A stretch of 64,000 bases of DNA from Candidatus Omnitrophota bacterium (GCA_043820815.1 JBDRDJ010000005.1:172734-236733); one strand, 5' to 3'. Counted from the stretch's first letter, positions 28,445-38,741 are shown. The notes: a model not told the origin generated them from the sequence alone. Program-made: numbers and translations.

Positions 28445-30528
28445 TTCGAATATAGGATGTCTATTTCTTTACGCATATGTCCAAAATGAGAATTAATGTG
28501 GTACCGTATGCAGCGGTTGGACTGCTTCTCTAAAAAAGGGTCTTCTTTTATTACTTGAAAAGCATAAACCCGCGCTTTATAAAGCATTTCTATATCTGTT
28601 AAAGGATTTGCAATTTTTAGAAAAGGAAACCCATGCTGCAAAAAACCAAAAAAATCCCCGGGGCCTCTAATCTTAAGGTCTTCCTCGCTGATAGCAAATC
28701 CATCGCTGACATTACGTAATACTTCTATTCTTTTAAGCGCCATGTCGGGAATATTTAAAGGGCTTATAAGGATAAAATAGGGCTTAAACCGTGACCTTTG
28801 TATTCTTCCTCTAAGCTGATGAAGCTGTGCCAGCCCGAACCTTTCGGGATTCTCTACGATCATAACCGTCGCATTCTCAATATTAATACCTACCTCGATA
28901 ACTGTTGTGCAAACCATTATTTGAATACGTTTATCACAAAAATCCCGTATAGACTTCTGTTTTTCCTGAACACTCAACCTTCCGTGAAACATCCCCACTG
29001 TGTAGGATGAAAACTCTTTTGAAAGTTCCCTGTGCATAACCTTAAGTGATTTCAAATCCTGTGCTTTTGATTCATCTATAACAGGATAAACAATATACGC
29101 CTGTCTTTCTTCCTTAAGTTTTTCTCTGAGAAATGCATATACCTCCTGCCTCTTATCCTCTTTTACAATACTGGTTTCAGGGGGAATTCTGCCGGCAGGC
29201 AGCTCGTTAATGGTAGAAAGGTCAAGGTCTCCGTAAATAGACAGGGCTAAACTCCTGGGTATCGGGGTTGCGCTCATTATTAAGCAGTGCGGGTTAACCT
29301 GGCCCTTATTTGGTAAAAGTATTCTCTGGGCGACACCAAACCTGTGCTCCTCGTCAATAACAACCAGCCCAAGCCTGCTAAATTTTATCTGTTCCTGTAT
29401 TAAAGCATGGGTTCCCACTATTATATCGATTTCGCCTTTCTCTAAAGCGGCGTATATGCTCTTTAACTCCTTATTCGGCAAAGAAGAAGTTATCGCTTCA
29501 ATTTTAAAGCCCAATCCTTTAAAAATTCTCTCCAAGGTTGCTTTATGCTGCCATGCTAAAATTTCTGTTGGCACCATTAATGCTGCCTGCCATTTACAGC
29601 TGGCGCAAACACCGATTGGGAATGAACAGACTACTGTCTTGCCGCAGCCTACATCTCCCTGTAGAAGCCTGCGCATAGGATAAGGCTTTGATATGTCATC
29701 CAGTATCTTTGAAACCGCTTCATCTTGAGAAGCGGTTAAAGTAAAATCTAAATTATTGCGTAATGCCCCGGTAATCTCTTGAGTGATTTTAAAACAAGGG
29801 CCTTTTTGGGAACGGTGTTTAGCTTTTCTTAAATATACTAAAATCTGAGAGAAAAATAATTCCTCAAAAACAAACCGCTCCCTTGCTGCGCTCAACTTAT
29901 CGTAATTGCCCGGAGAATGTATCTCTTGCAAGCTTTCCACGATATTAGGCATTTTGACGCGGCTCCTGATACGGTAAGGCAGCGGATCCCGGGCTTCTTT
30001 AGAAAAATCATTCAAGGCTGTTGTTATAACCTTCCTCATAAACCTCTGAGTAAAAGGGGGGCTTAAGCGGTACAGGCCGACTATTTTACCGAGCTCTAAA
30101 GAAAACTTGCTATTTGCTGTCTCGAATTTAGGGGCAACGATTTGATATTTTCTTCCTTTTTGCGTAACCTTTCCCCAAACAAACAATTCTTTGCCCTCGC
30201 TAAGGGTATCGGCAAGATATTCCTGGTTAAACCAAACACAGCTTATAATTCCGCTTGAGTCTTTAAGAAAAACCTCAAGGACGCTGCGGACTCTGCTTTT
30301 ACGGACAAAATAGGGAATTTTCTTAAGGCGGAGGGTAACTATTTTGCCGCGCACAGCGCAAATCTGATTTGCCGAAACATCCTTTATTTTTCTGAAATCC
30401 CTCCTGTCTTCATAACGAAAGGGGAAATAATACAAAAGGTCATAAACATTATTAACCCCTAAAGAGTTGAATTTAGCGGCTTTTTTCGGGCCAACTCCTT
30501 TTAAATATCTGACTGGGGTATCCTTCAT
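28441..30528 (-). CDS. recG: ATP-dependent DNA helicase RecG
   Basis: YLKGVGPKKA wedge N-terminus, GDVGCGKT, DEEHRFG and QLHQLRGR. ATG 30526-30528 chosen, 10 nt after the upstream stop. Confidence 0.9.
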   Translation of the reverse strand: MKDTPVRYLKGVGPKKAAKFNSLGVNNVYDLLYYFPFRYEDRRDFRKIKDVSANQICAVRGKIVTLRLKKIPYFVRKSRVRSVLEVFLKDSSGIISCVWFNQEYLADTLSEGKELFVWGKVTQKGRKYQIVAPKFETANSKFSLELGKIVGLYRLSPPFTQRFMRKVITTALNDFSKEARDPLPYRIRSRVKMPNIVESLQEIHSPGNYDKLSAARERFVFEELFFSQILVYLRKAKHRSQKGPCFKITQEITGALRNNLDFTLTASQDEAVSKILDDISKPYPMRRLLQGDVGCGKTVVCSFPIGVCASCKWQAALMVPTEILAWQHKATLERIFKGLGFKIEAITSSLPNKELKSIYAALEKGEIDIIVGTHALIQEQIKFSRLGLVVIDEEHRFGVAQRILLPNKGQVNPHCLIMSATPIPRSLALSIYGDLDLSTINELPAGRIPPETSIVKEDKRQEVYAFLREKLKEERQAYIVYPVIDESKAQDLKSLKVMHRELSKEFSSYTVGMFHGRLSVQEKQKSIRDFCDKRIQIMVCTTVIEVGINIENATVMIVENPERFGLAQLHQLRGRIQRSRFKPYFILISPLNIPDMALKRIEVLRNVSDGFAISEEDLKIRGPGDFFGFLQHGFPFLKIANPLTDIEMLYKARVYAFQVIKEDPFLEKQSNRCIRYHINSHFGHMRKEIDILYSK

Positions 30529-30538
30529 GATTATTAAA

Positions 30539-31417
30539 TTAATTAATTGTTTCGATATAGTCTTCAATGATTCGACGATGATCAAAGGCAATTATCTCAG
30601 GCAGTGCATCCAGAGAAAATACCCTGGCCTCGCTTGCATCTGAGCCCGAACGTAACACTCCTTGGCCCTTGCCTTTAAAAACCACCGATACAGTATGAAA
30701 CCGCGGGTCCCTTTGAGGATCCGAATAAACCTTAACCTGCTCTATTCTGACGAAATTAAGATTGGTTTCTTCTTTTATTTCTCTAACCACTGCCTTCTCA
30801 ACGCTTTCATTATAATCCACAAATCCGCCCGGAAGAGCCCATCCTAAGGGAGGGTTGCTTCTTTTAATCATTATAATACCGCCTTTATGTTCAACAATCC
30901 CGTCAACAGTAAGATACGGGCCAAGGCGCATCTCTTTATCCATATAAGCCAAATATCGGTTTATCTGTTTATTAAAAATCTTAAAAGATTGCACGTTACC
31001 TAATGCAAATATTATTCTCTTAAGAGATTTATTCTTAACCCCCGTGCTGTAACGGAAAACTTCCTGAGCCATAATTTTTGATACATCTTTAACTTTAAGC
31101 CCGCAGCCTTTTAAATTAATAAAACCTAAAGCAATAGAATTAAAAGACTTTTTTTGAGCATAAGTTAACAGGTTATATGCTGCATTTCGGACAAGAGATT
31201 CGGTCACCAACCCTCTTTTTTTTAAAATAGCTCCCAATACAAAACTACTTTTCTTATTTAGAGAAGAATATACAACAATCTTACCGGCCTTTAATTTAAT
31301 TTCTTTAAATACGCTTTTGGCATCCACAGTATCAATAAAAGCTACCGCCTTAAGGCTGGCTTTAACGGCTGCCATATTTGCTTTAACAACTGAGATTTCA
31401 ATACCATTTAATTTCAC
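30539..31417 (-). CDS. NUDIX hydrolase with an N-terminal divergent macro-like domain
   Basis: The C-terminus has the NUDIX box GGFVDYNESVEKAVVREIKEETNL. The N-terminal ~150 aa resemble the C-terminal half of macro domains (SIALGFI..G.G...V..I) but lack the NAAN/GGG loops. Confidence 0.6.
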   Translation of the reverse strand: MKLNGIEISVVKANMAAVKASLKAVAFIDTVDAKSVFKEIKLKAGKIVVYSSLNKKSSFVLGAILKKRGLVTESLVRNAAYNLLTYAQKKSFNSIALGFINLKGCGLKVKDVSKIMAQEVFRYSTGVKNKSLKRIIFALGNVQSFKIFNKQINRYLAYMDKEMRLGPYLTVDGIVEHKGGIIMIKRSNPPLGWALPGGFVDYNESVEKAVVREIKEETNLNFVRIEQVKVYSDPQRDPRFHTVSVVFKGKGQGVLRSGSDASEARVFSLDALPEIIAFDHRRIIEDYIETIN

Positions 31418-31418
31418 A

Positions 31419-32867
31419 TCAACCTCTTTTCTTGCTGTTGGTAATTATCTTTTTTGCCAGATTGTAAGCATCGGCCCTGCTCTTGATTTTTCCTAATGCC
31501 TGTTCCTCTTTGACTGATTTAAGAATTTTACCTATCAATACCGAAGGCCTGAGAGAAAACTTACGCATAATGTCATAGCCGTCAACCAATTTAGCAATCG
31601 GCAGCTTCGCTTTATCTTTAAAATAACTGTCGGTAAGCTTAAATAAAATCCTCTCATGGATAATTCTTTTCTTTTGGCCAATTTCCGGCCCCCGCGTTGC
31701 CCTCCAGTCACCGATTGATAAAAGAATCACCGCTACGCCCTCATCTTGAGTATCTCTAAAAAACCTGTAAACTGCCCGTTTAGATGGGGTATGCCTGTCT
31801 GCAAGGTAGCCCGGACGCAAATGCCAGAATATATATTTCTTAAGGGTATCCGTTTCTTTAAATGACAATTTAAGCCTGCTGCCTAACTGCTCGGCTAAAT
31901 CCCTTCCGATTTTTTCGTGAGTATGGAATATCGTTTTCTTTCCTTTTTTCTTCTTTGCCAGAGGCTTGCCTATATCATGAAGAAGCGATGCCAGTTTTAC
32001 AATGTAGTTACGGCTTCTGCCGGGGATAATCTCCTGATTAAGATATTTAAAAATACCGGGATTATTCATAAGCTTACGCGTATACATAACCTCGTACTTT
32101 TTAAGCGCCTCAAGAGAGTGGTTCCAAACATCTAAATGATGGTATCTGCCCTGATAAACCCCCCTTGCGCTGCGAATGCAGGGAAAAATTTCGTCTAAAA
32201 CCTTAGTATCACTCATCAGCCTTAGGGCGGAATACGAATTGACAGCGCTGAATATTTTATAAAGCTCCTCATTGATACGCTCGCCGGCAACGCTTTTAAT
32301 CAAAGTTTTGTTTAAAGAAATCAACCGCAAAGTCTCTCTCTCGATTGTAAATTTATAACGGCTCATCAAGCTGAATGCCCGGATAATTCTTAAAGGGTCT
32401 TCTTTTAACGCCTTTTGGGATATTGTCCGTATAATTTTTCTTTTTAAATCCGATAATGCATTACAGTTATCGATAAGCTTGGCTTTAGGGTATAAATTAA
32501 CAGAGACGGCAAGCGCATTAACGCTGTAGTCTCTGCCTAAAAGATCACCCGAGATATCTTTCCCTCTAAAAGCGGTAAAATCATATTGAAAGCATTGTTT
32601 TTTTTCTTTAACCACTACCCGGTAGCTTTTATTTTCTTCATCAAGGACAACGTAACTGCCGCCTGTTACCTTAGCAAATTTACGCGCGATTAAAGAGGCA
32701 CCCTTAGAAACTGCAAAATCGAAATCAAAAATATTCTTCTTAGGGGCAATTATAAAATCACGAAGAGCGCCGCCGACTAAATAAACCTCAATATTATTCT
32801 TTTTAGCCAAAGAGGCTAATTTAGAAAAATAGGGAATTTTCTTGATTTTATTAGTTAAGAAACGCAT
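31419..32867 (-). CDS. cca: CCA-adding enzyme / poly(A) polymerase family with an HD domain
   Basis: YLVGGALRDFI nucleotidyltransferase head and the LLHDIGKP HD motif. Confidence 0.75.
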   Translation of the reverse strand: MRFLTNKIKKIPYFSKLASLAKKNNIEVYLVGGALRDFIIAPKKNIFDFDFAVSKGASLIARKFAKVTGGSYVVLDEENKSYRVVVKEKKQCFQYDFTAFRGKDISGDLLGRDYSVNALAVSVNLYPKAKLIDNCNALSDLKRKIIRTISQKALKEDPLRIIRAFSLMSRYKFTIERETLRLISLNKTLIKSVAGERINEELYKIFSAVNSYSALRLMSDTKVLDEIFPCIRSARGVYQGRYHHLDVWNHSLEALKKYEVMYTRKLMNNPGIFKYLNQEIIPGRSRNYIVKLASLLHDIGKPLAKKKKGKKTIFHTHEKIGRDLAEQLGSRLKLSFKETDTLKKYIFWHLRPGYLADRHTPSKRAVYRFFRDTQDEGVAVILLSIGDWRATRGPEIGQKKRIIHERILFKLTDSYFKDKAKLPIAKLVDGYDIMRKFSLRPSVLIGKILKSVKEEQALGKIKSRADAYNLAKKIITNSKKRG

Positions 32868-32896
32868 GGATTAAGGATGGGGTTATCCGTCTATGC

Positions 32897-33298
32897 TTAT
32901 TTCGCCATGTTATCAAACACTTCATCTTCTACGAACATGGGGGATTTTGTACGGACTGCTAAAGCAATACTGTCGGAAGGCCTGGCATCAATGATTTTAA
33001 GGCCGCCTATGCCCAGGCGCAAGTAAAGTTTGGCATGAAAGGTGCTGTCAAGCAGTTTATCGATAACAATGAGTTCAAGGCGCACTCCAACCTCAGAGAA
33101 TACCGAGCATAGTAAATCATGAGTCATCGGGCGGGGGGGAGAAAAATCACTTATATGCATCTTAATCGCGGCTGCTTCGCTGATTCCTATAACAATCGGC
33201 AGTATGCGTTCTCCTTTGGCCTCCTTAAGAACGATTAACTGTTCACCCTTTTGTTCATCAATTATAATTCTGGAAAGCTCTACTTCTACCACTCTCAA
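32897..33298 (-). CDS. bifunctional nuclease (BFN/DUF151) family protein
   Basis: RPMTHDLL and DARPSDSIALAVR motifs. The start is apparently TTG/GTG; the exact start is uncertain. Confidence 0.75.
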   Translation of the reverse strand: MRVVEVELSRIIIDEQKGEQLIVLKEAKGERILPIVIGISEAAAIKMHISDFSPPRPMTHDLLCSVFSEVGVRLELIVIDKLLDSTFHAKLYLRLGIGGLKIIDARPSDSIALAVRTKSPMFVEDEVFDNMAK

Positions 33299-33310
33299 GA
33301 CTCCATGCCT

Positions 33311-33345
33311 ATTTCGTATTTCGTATTGCGTTATGCGTATTGCGT
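33311..33345. repeat. five tandem heptamers
   Basis: atttcgt atttcgt attgcgt tatgcgt attgcgt (minus strand: ACGCAAT ACGCATA ACGCAAT ACGAAAT ACGAAAT). Lies directly upstream of the BFN gene. Confidence 0.8.
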
Positions 33346-33417
33346 TTTTTGTTTTTATTCATAGTATTCCGAAACCTATGACCATGGATTATTTTTGACC
33401 TCTATAATTTTTATTAT

Positions 33418-33445
33418 TAACGGTACAGGCGGGCCTGTACCCTAC
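33418..33445 (-). repeat. REP-like GTAG-hairpin element, copy 2
   Basis: Plus strand reads taac-GGTACAGG-cggg-CCTGTACC-CTAC. Confidence 0.75.
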
Positions 33446-33486
33446 AGCGCCGATTTCTTTCTGGTTCCTGTAAACTGGTTTCTTTT

Positions 33487-33521
33487 CTGGCCTCTGACTT
33501 CTGTCCTCTGATACCTGTTGC
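33487..33521. repeat. five degenerate tandem heptamers anchored on CTG
   Basis: ctggcct ctgactt ctgtcct ctgatac ctgttgc. CTG occurs at 33487, 33494, 33501, 33508 and 33515. The tract abuts the nrdR stop. Confidence 0.75.
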
Positions 33522-33983
33522 CTATTTCATTCGTCTTCCGAGAACATCACGGAGTTCGCGCATGAACTGGTTAATATCTTTGAATTGGCGGTATACCGAG
33601 GCAAACCGCACATACGCTACGTCATCGAGATCGGCCAACTTTTTAATTACCAGCTCTCCGATTAACCGCGATTCAACCTCTTGATCAAATTTCTTCTGTA
33701 TTTCCTCTGAAACCTCAAGGACTATCTTTTCAAGCTTCTGCATGCTTATGGGGCGCTTTTCACAGGCCCTGGATAAACCATTTAATATTTTTTGCCGGTT
33801 AAAAGGCTCACGGCGCCCGTCTTTCTTTGTTACCATTAAAGATGTTCTTTCAATGTGCTCATAAGTGGTAAAACGCTTACCGCAGTTAAGGCACTCTCTC
33901 CTTCGCCTTATTTCTTTTGCCTCTGAAATCTCGCGCGAATCTACGACTTTATCTTCGTTATCATTGCAATAGGGACAGCGCAT
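33522..33983 (-). CDS. nrdR: transcriptional repressor NrdR
   Basis: MRCPYCNDNEDKVVDSR...CLNCGKRFTT zinc ribbon plus an ATP-cone. The track start at 34022 is a TTG lying inside the REP hairpin and is rejected. Confidence 0.9.
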   Translation of the reverse strand: MRCPYCNDNEDKVVDSREISEAKEIRRRRECLNCGKRFTTYEHIERTSLMVTKKDGRREPFNRQKILNGLSRACEKRPISMQKLEKIVLEVSEEIQKKFDQEVESRLIGELVIKKLADLDDVAYVRFASVYRQFKDINQFMRELRDVLGRRMK

Positions 33984-34006
33984 GTTTGCCCTCTTTTCGT
34001 GTTTAG

Positions 34007-34035
34007 TAACGGGCGGCCGCAAGGGCCGCCCCTAC
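34007..34035 (-). repeat. REP-like GTAG-hairpin element, copy 3
   Basis: Plus strand reads taac-GGGCGGCC-gcaag-GGCCGCCC-CTAC. Confidence 0.75.
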
Positions 34036-34045
34036 GTTTTTAACA

Positions 34046-34534
34046 TTACCCATGTCTGCCGGTAGGCAAGTTGGGTCTCAAATATTGCCGCAGTTTCACC
34101 TTTGCCTCTTTCAAGAATCCAACGGCCATCTTATCAGGATAGCTGTCGCCAAAGACTACCTCTTTGATCCCTGCGTTAATTATCATTTTAGAACATATAC
34201 TGCAGGGGGTATTTGTAATATAGATGGCGCTTCCTCTTGTTGATACTCCGTGGCGGGCAGCCTGGAGAAGAACATTCTGCTCTGCATGAAGGCCGCGGCA
34301 TATTTCGTGGCGCTGGCCGGAAGGCACCTTAAGGTCTTGCCGCAAACACCCTGCATCTTCACAATGAGCAATGCCCGAAGGCGCACCGTTATAACCCGTT
34401 GCCAGAATTTGTTTATCTTTTACAAGAACAGCGCCCACTTTTCTCCTTAAACAAGTTGAACGGCCGCTGACTAAACGGGCAACATCCATAAAGTATTCAT
34501 CCCAAACGGGACGATTTATTCGCTTTTTTTTCAC
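34046..34534 (-). CDS. deoxycytidylate (dCMP) deaminase
   Basis: [10 protein letters not shown] and [14 protein letters not shown] zinc-binding motifs. Confidence 0.85.
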   Translation of the reverse strand: MKKKRINRPVWDEYFMDVARLVSGRSTCLRRKVGAVLVKDKQILATGYNGAPSGIAHCEDAGCLRQDLKVPSGQRHEICRGLHAEQNVLLQAARHGVSTRGSAIYITNTPCSICSKMIINAGIKEVVFGDSYPDKMAVGFLKEAKVKLRQYLRPNLPTGRHG

Positions 34535-34545
34535 GGTAATTTTTA

Positions 34546-35805
34546 TTAACCTATTGAATTTACCAAATCCTGATATAACGGGAATTCTTCTGTTAGCGAG
34601 ATCGCATCTTTTCGTATTTTATTGAGGGTTTCTGAATCGTTTTTGTTTGTTAAAGCTGTGTCAATAAAGCCGGAAATTAGCTCCATCTGCTTTCCGCCCA
34701 TGCCTCTTGTTGTAACCGCGGGAGTCCCGATACGTATACCGCTTGCAACAGCAGGCGGCGCCTTGTCAAAAGGAATTAAATTCTTATTAACGGTGATATT
34801 TACGCCTTCAAGAACCAAAGATGCCTCTTTCCCGCTGATTTCTTTCGAGCGTAAATCAACTAAGAAAAGATGGTTGTCTGTCCCCCCGCTTACAATACGG
34901 TATCCCTTAGCCTGCATACTCTGGGAAAAAAAGCCCGCATTGCTAACAACCTGCTTTTGGTAAACAACAAACTCATCACGCGAAGCCAAACCAAAAGCAA
35001 CTGCTTTAGCGGCGATTATATGCATAAGAGGCCCGCCCTGAATTCCGGGAAATACGGCGGTATTTATTTTCTTGGCAAATTCCTTTTTACAAAGGATAAA
35101 ACCGGCACGGGGGCCTCTTAGAGTTTTATGCGTAGTTGAAGTAACAAATTCAGCCACAGGGCAGGGATTAGGGTGTATTTTTGCCGCAACCAACCCCGCA
35201 AAATGCGCCATATCAACTAAAAGATATGCTCCTACCTTATCGGCTATCTTTCTAAAGCGTTCAAAATCTATAATCCTTGGGTAAGCGCTTGCTCCGGCAA
35301 TTATCATTTTTGGCTTATTCTCTAACGCTAAATGTTCAATCTCATCATAATCTAAGCATTCAGTATCTTTATTAACCCCATAAGCAACAACTTTATAAAA
35401 TTTACCGCTGAAATTAAGCGGGTGGCCGTGAGAAAGATGGCCTCCGCATGCAAGGTCCATGGCAAGAATCGTATCACCGGCATTAAGAACAGCCATCATA
35501 ACCGCCATATTAGCCTGAGTCCCCGAATGAGGCTGAACATTGGCATATTCGGCATTGAAAAGCGCCTTCGCTCTTTGGCACGCGATATCTTCGGCAACAT
35601 CTACAAACTGACACCCTCCATACCAACGTGCACGGGGATAACCTTCGGCGTATTTATTTGTAAGTACTGAACCCTGAGCTTCTAAAACAGCCATGGGAGC
35701 AAAATTCTCGCTTGCAATAAGTTCAATGTGCTCTCTCTGACGGCACAGTTCCTTCATAATACTATCATAGACCTCTCTATCGACCTTTTTTATTTCATTA
35801 AACAT
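34546..35805 (-). CDS. glyA: serine hydroxymethyltransferase
   Basis: [15 protein letters not shown]-lysine motif. Confidence 0.95.
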   Translation of the reverse strand: MFNEIKKVDREVYDSIMKELCRQREHIELIASENFAPMAVLEAQGSVLTNKYAEGYPRARWYGGCQFVDVAEDIACQRAKALFNAEYANVQPHSGTQANMAVMMAVLNAGDTILAMDLACGGHLSHGHPLNFSGKFYKVVAYGVNKDTECLDYDEIEHLALENKPKMIIAGASAYPRIIDFERFRKIADKVGAYLLVDMAHFAGLVAAKIHPNPCPVAEFVTSTTHKTLRGPRAGFILCKKEFAKKINTAVFPGIQGGPLMHIIAAKAVAFGLASRDEFVVYQKQVVSNAGFFSQSMQAKGYRIVSGGTDNHLFLVDLRSKEISGKEASLVLEGVNITVNKNLIPFDKAPPAVASGIRIGTPAVTTRGMGGKQMELISGFIDTALTNKNDSETLNKIRKDAISLTEEFPLYQDLVNSIG

Positions 35806-36247
35806 TCTCTCTCTCCTCTATTTCTTTGATCTTTTTTATTCTCTGGGCATGCCTGCCGCCTTCGAAGCCGGCCTTAAGCCATGCCGAAACAATACGTTTG
35901 AGATTATCAACTTTAACGCCTTTTGAGGCAAGAACAAGAACATTACTGTTATTGTGCTTGCGGGACAACCTTGCCGCAGCCAAATTATACGCCAAAGCCG
36001 CACGCACCCCTCTGACTTTATTGGCGGCAATACAGCTTCCTATGCCTGTATAGCAAAGCACTATTGCGCGGTCCGCTTTCTTATCAGCCACTGACTTTGA
36101 AGCAGGATAAATATAATCGGGGTAATCGCAAGAATCATGGGAATATGTCCCGTAATCAACAACACTATGGCCTTTTTCTTTAAGGTAACCGGCAATAGCA
36201 TTCTTTAATCTATAGCCGCGATGGTCACTTGCTAAAGCAATCTTCAT
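35798..36247 (-). CDS. rpiB: ribose-5-phosphate isomerase B
   Basis: [11 protein letters not shown] and [13 protein letters not shown] motifs. Confidence 0.85.
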   Translation of the reverse strand: MKIALASDHRGYRLKNAIAGYLKEKGHSVVDYGTYSHDSCDYPDYIYPASKSVADKKADRAIVLCYTGIGSCIAANKVRGVRAALAYNLAAARLSRKHNNSNVLVLASKGVKVDNLKRIVSAWLKAGFEGGRHAQRIKKIKEIEERENV

Positions 36248-36303
36248 CTTTAATCCTTTACCTGCCCCGGTTTCACTGCCTCAGTATTTAGGGTAATGTC
36301 TAA

Positions 36304-37368
36304 CTACAGCCATTCAATAAGCTCGGTAATTGCGTTCCTTATTATCCCGTATGTGCGTTCATAATCACTATAGCCCTTACCTATGGGGTCGGGAATATCT
36401 TCTGATTGTTCGTTAAAAAGAAATTTGCTTAAGTCAAAGACCCTGCCTTCGGCCGTAGGAACAAGGGTTAATATATGCCTCAATTGTCCGTGCTCCATGG
36501 TGAAAATCAAATCCGCAGAAAGTATATCAAATTCAGTCAACTGTTTTGAAACAAAACCGTCTGTATCAATGCCTTCGTTATTCCTTAAAATATCCGAAGC
36601 AGAAGTTGATATCGTTCTTCCGCCTAAAGCATAAACACCCCTGGAAATTACCTCGTAGCGCTGGCTTAACTGCGGGCTTATCTCATACAAATATTTCCTC
36701 AGGATGGCTTCTGCCATAGGGGAACGGCAGCTGTTGCCGGTACAGACAAAAATAATTCTCTTTCTTACAAACAGATCAATAAGATTCCTTTCGGTGATTT
36801 CTCCTTCACGCAGTACCTTAAAAGGATTATACGTTAAGTCAACAACCGTTGAAGACTTGGCTGACCCGAAGGGGCCGCTGTCAACAATAACGTCGATATT
36901 ATCTTTAAAAACGCTTTCGATCTCAGATGCCGACACAATTTCTTTCTCTCCGCTTATGTTGGCTGAAGGTAAATATACGGCCTCCTGCAAATTCCTTAAT
37001 ATTAGATTTGTAACCGGATGGGAAGGGACTCTTACGCCTACCTTATTATCATCCGGCGTATAATAAATAATCGTAAGCGGCCCCGGCCAAAACATCTCAA
37101 TAAGCTTAAAACCGAAAGGAGGCAGAGTTTTAAAATACTTATCGAAAACGAGCTCAACATCGCTTAAGGCGTGCGTAAACGGCTTGTCAGCGGGACGGTT
37201 TTTTATCCTGCTAAGCCTGTCCCTGACAAGCCCCTTATCGGCAATCCCGGCAAGGCCGTAAACCGTTTCCGTAGGAAGTGCGGCAATTTTTCCTTGCTGC
37301 AGCAACAGGGCAACTTCTCTTATTGTGCCATTATCAATATTGGAAGGGTTAATAAAAAACTTTTTCAT
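36304..37368 (-). CDS. tsaC: threonylcarbamoyl-AMP synthase (YrdC/Sua5 domain) fused to a low-molecular-weight phosphotyrosine phosphatase
   Basis: N-terminal PTETVYGLAG (YrdC). The C-terminal VCTGNSCRSPMAE is the CX5R(S/T) P-loop. Confidence 0.8.
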   Translation of the reverse strand: MKKFFINPSNIDNGTIREVALLLQQGKIAALPTETVYGLAGIADKGLVRDRLSRIKNRPADKPFTHALSDVELVFDKYFKTLPPFGFKLIEMFWPGPLTIIYYTPDDNKVGVRVPSHPVTNLILRNLQEAVYLPSANISGEKEIVSASEIESVFKDNIDVIVDSGPFGSAKSSTVVDLTYNPFKVLREGEITERNLIDLFVRKRIIFVCTGNSCRSPMAEAILRKYLYEISPQLSQRYEVISRGVYALGGRTISTSASDILRNNEGIDTDGFVSKQLTEFDILSADLIFTMEHGQLRHILTLVPTAEGRVFDLSKFLFNEQSEDIPDPIGKGYSDYERTYGIIRNAITELIEWL

Positions 37369-37817
37369 TTAAATTTATTTTTAAGCTTGGTAACCTGTTT
37401 AAGGTAACGGGGATCCTTAACGGCCATTATTTCAAGTGACATAATGATTGCATTTATAAAAGCGCTTTTACCCAAACCGGTTGAGGCAACCCCTAACCCC
37501 CGGGGAGTACTTACAATAGCAAAAAGAGCATCAAGCCCGTTGAGAATCCCTCCTTTCAGGGCAACTCCTATTACGGGTATATTAACATAAGAAGCAACAA
37601 AACCAGGTAAAGCCGCGGCCATGCCGGCACAGGCAATTACCACCGAACAATCTTTATCTAATTTTAAGCAAAATTCTCTAAGCTTTTCGGGATTTCTGTG
37701 GGCAGATATAACAAGAACGGTATAAGGTATTTTCATCTCATCAAGGATGTCAAAACCGGGCTTGAGCTCTTTGAGATCGCTTTTACTGCCTGCTAAAACA
37801 GAAATTCTTTGAGCCAT
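37365..37817 (-). CDS. purE: AIR carboxylase / N5-CAIR mutase PurE family
   Basis: GSKSD...SAHR...AGMAAALPG motifs. Confidence 0.85.
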   Translation of the reverse strand: MAQRISVLAGSKSDLKELKPGFDILDEMKIPYTVLVISAHRNPEKLREFCLKLDKDCSVVIACAGMAAALPGFVASYVNIPVIGVALKGGILNGLDALFAIVSTPRGLGVASTGLGKSAFINAIIMSLEIMAVKDPRYLKQVTKLKNKFK

Positions 37818-37834
37818 AGAAAACCTCCGTTTTC

Positions 37835-37862
37835 ATTTTACCTTTTATAGTTTAATTTTCAA
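37835..37862 (-). promoter_or_regulatory. possible promoter for purE and downstream genes
   Basis: Minus strand reads TTGAAA (37857-37862), a 16-nt spacer, then TAAAAT (37835-37840), followed by a GGAGG RBS. Confidence 0.3.
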
Positions 37863-37883
37863 TAACATAAAACCTTATTCCTC

Positions 37884-38741
37884 TTATCGAGGTATTTGTT
37901 TATTTTGAAAAAAACGCAATTCATCCGCCGAGCCTTTTATACCCTCACCCATATCCGAAGCCGCTTGAACTAAGGCTTTAATAAAAGCATTTGCGAGATT
38001 CTTATTGAACCAACGGCTCTCTTCCTTTTTAAGAATTTCAATGTAATCTTTTAATTCCTGATCAGTAGCGCTGCGGTAAGTGTATAGCGTAGAAATCAAT
38101 ATTTGTGACTCAAGCATTGGTTTAAGCCTGTCTTCCATGGTTTCGGCGATTTCATCTAAACCTTTCTGGGTCATGCGTTGGTACTCTTGCACAAGGGGGT
38201 TAACCGCCTTTGTTATTGACTGAAAAATGCTTACCTGAATCTTAAGCGAAGTATCAACTTGGTCAGTTATTTCATTTATTTTCTGAGCAAGCCCGGAACG
38301 CTCCTGGGTTACAGGGTTAAAAGGGAACCTCAGGGTGAAATCTCTGATTTCCTGCTCTTTTGCCGGATCTGATGCTTCAACTTCGAGGCGTGCCATTTTA
38401 ATAGATAGCGGGCTTTTAAGTAAACTTATTAAAGTTTCCATTTTCTTACGGTCAAACTCTGCCTTGAAGCTCTCGAGAACCCTGCTGTAAAATGCCGCTT
38501 CATTAAAAGCTTCTTTGACTATTTTGCCAAAGAGCTCATGAGCCTCTGGGTTCACTGCCTGCTTGTAGCTGGCAAGCTCTGATTCCATAGAATCAGAAAT
38601 TAAACCGATTTGCTCTTTAACTCCTGATAAATCAAGGGCCTGCTCGATAAGAGCGGCATCACTATCGGCTAAATCAGCGGAAAAAACCGGCAGCGAAAGC
38701 GTTAAAACCGTAAAAACCGTAATTAACAATGACTTCTTCAT
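37884..38741 (-). CDS. secreted hypothetical protein, DUF2059-like repeats
   Basis: Signal peptide LSLPVFSA|D. Two segments resemble DUF2059 (LISLLKSPL; YRSATDQELKDYIEILK). Confidence 0.4.
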   Translation of the reverse strand: MKKSLLITVFTVLTLSLPVFSADLADSDAALIEQALDLSGVKEQIGLISDSMESELASYKQAVNPEAHELFGKIVKEAFNEAAFYSRVLESFKAEFDRKKMETLISLLKSPLSIKMARLEVEASDPAKEQEIRDFTLRFPFNPVTQERSGLAQKINEITDQVDTSLKIQVSIFQSITKAVNPLVQEYQRMTQKGLDEIAETMEDRLKPMLESQILISTLYTYRSATDQELKDYIEILKKEESRWFNKNLANAFIKALVQAASDMGEGIKGSADELRFFQNKQIPR

